The notes beneath the pieces were generated by a model, which saw only the letters and a program-made list of their open reading frames with translations, had not been told where the DNA came from and searched no databases. Below are positions 58,487-64,000 of a stretch of DNA of 64,000 nt, piece by piece. A program made the translations under genes and the position numbers. The stretch comes from Phoronis australis (taxonomy: Eukaryota; Animalia; Phoronida). The stretch is taken from positions 1 to 64,000 of the forward strand of contig NMRA01000236.1 of the NCBI GenBank assembly GCA_002633005.1, in the 5' to 3' direction. Positions within the stretch are counted from its first letter, which is position 1; each line of letters starts with the position of its first letter.

Positions 58487-61440
58487 CAGTGATGTAGTGG
58501 TAAAATTAGAGATAAGTAGGCGCCCAAAGCCCACTGTATGGCTTTGAGCACTGAATTTTAAATGTTAATTGAACTCAAATAACCTGACTCACAAACATGC
58601 AAGTCTATTTTTTGACTTACGAGTGGGTATTTACGTGGAGTCTCCTGTGGCGGACCTAGGATGTCGCAGAAAGGGGGCGTAACCACACACATTTGAAAGC
58701 AAAGGTCTATTATTACGTATGTAATTATTGAAGAGTCAAACCATAGGCTAGCCTATTACAAAGACCTATGGGACAACAAGCACTTCAACTGAGTTTGAAC
58801 TTTTATTATCCGAGCGTCTTTTCATGACGAGATTTTAGGAGGTTTGTTAGGTAACGAAACGAAATGAAAAATTCTAAGATTTTGGAATCGTAAATTAACA
58901 ATCTTGTGTTAAAATAATTCAGAAACAACTGGTAAACTGGGATGATGTATACGCCTAAACCTGCAGAGTTATCCCTCTATTCTGCTGTTACAGTGACACG
59001 CTTTCTAAAACTTGGCGCATTCATATTGTTTGCTAATAGACCGGGTGCGGGTTTCAGAGGCAAACAACCCTACCTATCCGGCAAATAACAATTGTTAGAC
59101 TGACTGCGCTTAGATATCATCGCATCAAAATGAGCTATAAATATACTGAAATAGTAAAAAATAAATGAAAACAGCTTACAACTTTCTTGCTATTGCCATG
59201 GAAGCACTCGAACGCGGATTTCGTTCGACGAAACTGTATTCGCCACCGGCTCCGGGCTGGCCTTGGGAAGCGTACGACGTACAACGTAGCGATCAGGTGT
59301 GACGACCTCGTCGTCGATCACAACGTCTGCTTATCTGACGGCAGCTCGACCACCACCTCCACTTTCTCGCTGTGCTTAAATACCGCCAAAGTAGCCGTCT
59401 GTTCGAAAATCATCATGTTAGGAAATGCCTGACCACGTTGCATGATGAAAACACTACCATAATTAATGCGCGGTGGGAATAGTTTCAAAAGTTATGCCAA
59501 CGCAACGTAACGTGTTACATTATGCGATACAAAAATCGACAATAACCTTTTCAAAGATCGTTTAAACACGTGTTTTGTTATGTTTTAAAACTTTTCGAAC
59601 AGAATGAACTGAACGAGTCGAAAAGCATAGATAAATATTTATACGCGCTTATGGCCTGAGCCTAAGTACTTTGAAAACGCCCCAACAAACAACAAATTCG
59701 AAAGTGTGAGGCATGGTTTTGCAGTATTTTTCGCCACAAATTCGAATAAAATATCAAACTTGACCTCCGACAAAAAGTTGAGAAGATGTGTTTTTGGAAC
59801 TTTTAATAACTAGGCTGAAGTGATAAAGTTTTATGACCTGATGTAATTGACAGTGTACACAGATCACAATGGAGCTAGTTACGTACGGAGATCGTATGCT
59901 GATAAATCCCACTGAAATCTTTTGTGCGCTACCATACACTTCGCTTTGTAAAACGCGGCGCTTTCGAGCTTTACTTCACCAGGCTTTGCTGCGATATGCA
60001 CATGTGCATGAGCCCATACACAATGAAAAAACTTGAAGTCGGATTTTCTTGCAAGCAGCTGTTTTTCTTTTTCGTTTAGTTTTAAAGTTAGTAAAATACC
60101 AGGTTCTTGTCCAAAGATAGAGTGCTTATTTACAGAATTCCTCCACAAATTTTCTTGTCGCCAGTCTTGTTCTTTTCCGAGTTACATGATCTGGACTGAG
60201 AACTATCAGCAGTTATGTATTGTCGAATCCAAGTTTTGGCGTAAGGTTGTGGGTCCAACATGAAAAGCGGGGGACCATTGGCCTTGCCAAACAGCAAGCT
60301 GGAGGTGGTTTCCAATAGCAAACGAGAGCTACAGCGTCTGATACAATCTGATTCATTTTGCTGAATCCTCGCTCACATGCAGCTGTACTACAAGGACGAG
60401 TCTTAATGTAGAGGTCAAGTTGTAGCAGAGTGCATGGTAGGTTGTCTACTCTAACCGTCTCCTCCATTTCTACGAGCTTGAGCATTCCCCTGATTGCTGT
60501 TGTGGCAACCAGCCTAAACCGCTCTCAAATACGCCTGACTTCGTGCTCGCCATGTCTTATACCAGAGTGAGATCCCATCGGCCACGTTTTGGGATCCAAG
60601 ATGCTCAGAAAAAGAGCAAAATGACTACTTATCACTGTTAAGTGAAAGCTGTTCCGAGTTCACAACAAAATTTTGAATAACCTGTCCAGGACGTATGGTC
60701 ACGGTTGTTAGTTTAAGGGTTCCCTTAAGTTCCAGTGACCCAAACCTCTTCTTCGCATGTCAGTGCAGTGACGAATGCATGCCCGGTATTATCAACCATA
60801 GACTAAGGGACATGAACCATCCGACGAATAGGCTTGTCTTCTTGTGGTTCTGCATGGTAGATCCACAAAGAAGCTTGATATCTCTTCCAGCACACCGTGA
60901 ATCAGCGCAAGATTCTGAATGAAGGTGGGACTTTCCAAGTATTGCAATAATCCCAAAAACCTGCTCCGATCTCTCGAATTACGGTTTCTGTCCTGACTGG
61001 CTAAGTCGAAATGTTGATGTAGTGCGTTCAATGATCTCCGCACTGCCTTTACCGTTCTGAAACTGTTTGCCACCAACGAGCGTCAAGCACGCGACCTATT
61101 CGAACAAACTGGTACTCTAAATCAGCAGGAGCTTTCAGCTCTGCTTAGTTTTTGGGTGATCGGCTGTACAGTGAAACGACTTTATCTATAAATACTCTGA
61201 AATGACCACACCCAGTCACTTCTTCCGCAGCATCCCCAACTGCCAACTCTAGCCTGTGGTTTAAGCGTTCCCGTAATGGTGCTGCAACTCCAGAACGTAT
61301 TCCGGTACTGGCGCCAACACTTGCAAATGCTACGAGGTACTCTCTGTTAAGGAAGGACGCGTTAATTGATTCGGCGGCTTGTTGCTCAAGCTGGGCATGA
61401 TCAAGCATATAAAAAGTGGGACGCTGTCACCAATACATGC
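58487..61440 (-). mobile_element. hAT transposon (ZNF862-like transposase remnant) inserted in gene B intron 1
   Basis: Terminus CAGTGATGTAGTGG begins exactly where homology to gene A (17230) stops. Motifs HRLELAVGDA, YSRSPKN, SFRTVKAV, CSTAACERGFSKMN (hAT dimerisation region). Confidence 0.82.
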
Positions 61441-61444
61441 TCTT

Positions 61445-64000
61445 ATGAGAAGAGAACGATATAGTAAAAATTAAACTCCGCACGACTTATGCTGACCCAC
61501 GCAACCCATCAACCCGAACGGAAGCCGCTCTTCAACATGAAGATCAGGTTTTCTACTTGGCCAGCTCGTCTCAAACATAGTCGCTCCAACACTAGAGGTT
61601 AGGGCAAGTCCAGCAAGAAAAGTCGTCATGGAAATTAATTTGTTGGAATATCGAGGGTCTAAAGCATAAAATACAGAGAACTGATTTCGTAAATATGTAC
61701 ATATGATATTATCGCTTTGTTGAAACATGGGAAATGAATGAAGATGAGTTCACACTGGAAGGTTACCACCCTCAGCATTTAAGAATTCTGGTGGTGTAGT
61801 ATTATTTTGTAAGGATGTATTGGGGGCTGATAGACTTCTTACAAGTTCGTCTGACGTTTTATTGGTAAAAATTGACCTACCCGATTATCTCTATCCTGTT
61901 TTAGTTGCAGTTGTGTATCAGTCTCCGAAAAGTTCAAGTAAAAATTACGAAATAATGAAGTCTTGAGCGGGAGGTGCACGGTTACACTGCGAAAATGAAG
62001 GGGCTTGTAATAATGGGCAATTTCAATGCTCGTACGCGTAACAGGCCAGACTTTATTGAAGATGATAGTATTAAGTATACGGATGAATCCAGTCCTACTT
62101 TTATTGTGTTGGTTATGTAGAAGATAGCCTGTGTTGTAGGACCTCATAAGATTGTGGTGAGGTAAATGAGTTTAGTGCAGAATTACTTAGAGTTTTGTCA
62201 AAGAAAAGAGATAAGAATTCTGAATGGAAGAGTAGGGAAAGATGCAGACATTGGTAGTGTATCATGTGTAACTTATACTGGATCTAGTATTGTTGACTAT
62301 GTCATGATGAGCAAAGATTTATTGTACTGTGTGGACGATTTTGAAATCGGTGAAATATGTGAATCGACTGCTCAATTTCTATTGATATTTAGTATGTGTA
62401 AGACTCAGCAAAACAACTGAGCTCGAGGTGAACAGGTTGAAAAATGTTTATAAATGGAATGAGGGGTTGAGCCTAAGATGTACAGAAAACTGGTCGAGTC
62501 CGGAGGTGGATCAGTTGCTCGCTGACTACAAAGTCATTCATAGATTCAAGTGTACAAAGTTTAACGGAAGCCATTAAATTATGTGCTGCGGTCATGTTAA
62601 AACCAAAAGTAAACATATCTTATAATCCAGTTAGTTTTCCCATATGGTGTGACGCTGACTGTAGGAAAATGAGAGCTGTCGTGAGGCAAAAATTATTATT
62701 GGAATACAGAGAGAAAGCAATAGCCGAGCTATATATGTACAAGCTAGAAAAGATTATGTATGGAAAGTTAAAAAAATGAAACGGTTAGAGTGTAATAGAA
62801 AACATTCCAAAAATTTGAAATCAGCTGTGAAGAGTAAAGACAGCAACAAAAAATTCTGGCGCACATTAAATATTAAGAAGGAGGTATAACGACGAATGTT
62901 AAACCGGAGGAATGCATAAATTATTTCAGCTCTCTGTTTGAAGGCCGCTATTTTGCTACTAATCCGGAGTTCATTCAATTTCATGTGTTTATTGAGAACT
63001 CAGTAAAAATGACATCAATTCAAGTAATGAAATTATTGATATGGAGCTGGACGCTGAGATCACAAAAGACGAAATTATACAAACCATCGGTAGTATGAAA
63101 GACGGAACTTCGCCAGGATGTGATAAAATTAGCATTGAGTTCTACAAGTATGCTAATAAACAGTTGGTAGATTCGCTGTTCCATCTATACAACTACTTTT
63201 TTAAAAATGGGTGGTTTCCAAAAATAATGGACGAAATCCGTTATATTATCGATATTCAAGGGCGGTGCCAAAATTCCTGAAAATTTCAGAGGAATTTCCC
63301 TCATGCAAGTCACAGCCAAAATATTCGAAAAAATATGGAGCTAGCGACTTGTGAAAGGACTGCAGAAAAAATTGAATATTTTATATGAGTATTGTCAGAA
63401 ATGGAAATTAATTGTTAACATGTCGAAGAAAGAGTGGGATGTTACGATCGTATGAAAAATGGACGTATGATGGGAATACTGTTAATACTGTAAATACATA
63501 TAGATATTTAGGATTAATGTTTACTACGAAAGCTTCGTGGTCTTGCGCTCAGAAAACAGGCTGCTAAGGCAGTGAATATAATGAGGAAAAATGTCAATGG
63601 TTTTAATGCACTCCCTATTAAACTTAGTTTGAAATTATTCGATTGTAAAATACTGCCGATACTTCATTATGGCTGTGAGATCTGGGGTTTTAGTGAGGGC
63701 TAATGTATTGAAATAGACCACACAAAATTTTGTAAAGTAATTTTAAATTTGCCTAGCACCACAATTTCATTGACTGTTAGAGGTGAGATGGGTCGTTACT
63801 CCTTGATTGCACACCGACTTCCTAGAATTATGAAATATTGGTTAAAACTATTAAAAGCCGATGCGTCAAAAATTACATTTTATTGCTATGAATGGTAGTA
63901 CAATATGACGGAAAATGTTAATAAACCGTGCCAGGTTAATGATGTAAAGAAATTGCTATTTCAGATTGTTGGAGAAGCATGGTACAGTCAGGATGTAGGT
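61445..64000 (+). mobile_element. RTE-X-like LINE (APE endonuclease plus partial RT), runs off window
   Basis: LICWNIEGL, SGGVVLF, IMGNFNAR, ILNGR, SIVDY, PGCDKISIEFYK, NFRGISL, YRYLG, PILHYGCEIWG, RGEMGR; internal deletion and stops. Confidence 0.85.

Overview
Eukaryotic (animal, probably invertebrate) genomic DNA with spliceosomal introns, one N-gap and dense transposon debris; no prokaryotic genes, rRNA, tRNA or CRISPR array seen. The host content is a minus-strand tandem pair of paralogous genes that the ORF track shows only in pieces. Gene A is complete: TATA box plus 3 exons (17892-17765, 9517-9142, 2653-2513), giving a 214-aa protein with a signal peptide, an acidic linker/pro-region and one F5/8 type C (discoidin) domain. 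Gene B has exons 2 and 3 here (57667-57292, 52360-52220); its exon 1 is predicted beyond base 64000. The paralogues are about 60% identical in protein by hand alignment. Framework stretches are nearly identical at DNA level while predicted ligand-binding loops are heavily substituted, which suggests diversifying selection on a secreted recognition/effector family. The ~34 kb between the genes, and the introns, hold a nested stack of elements: Sola3, two Academ, an ISL2EU with interleaved antisense transposase and YqaJ genes, a Kolobok-like fragment, hAT, a MULE-like and several other MITEs, a 6-bp-TSD DNA transposon, two Gypsy (one Gmr1-like) and LOA/R1-, RTE-, RTE-X- and L2/CR1-type LINEs. 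All family assignments come from motif recognition by eye, not database searches.
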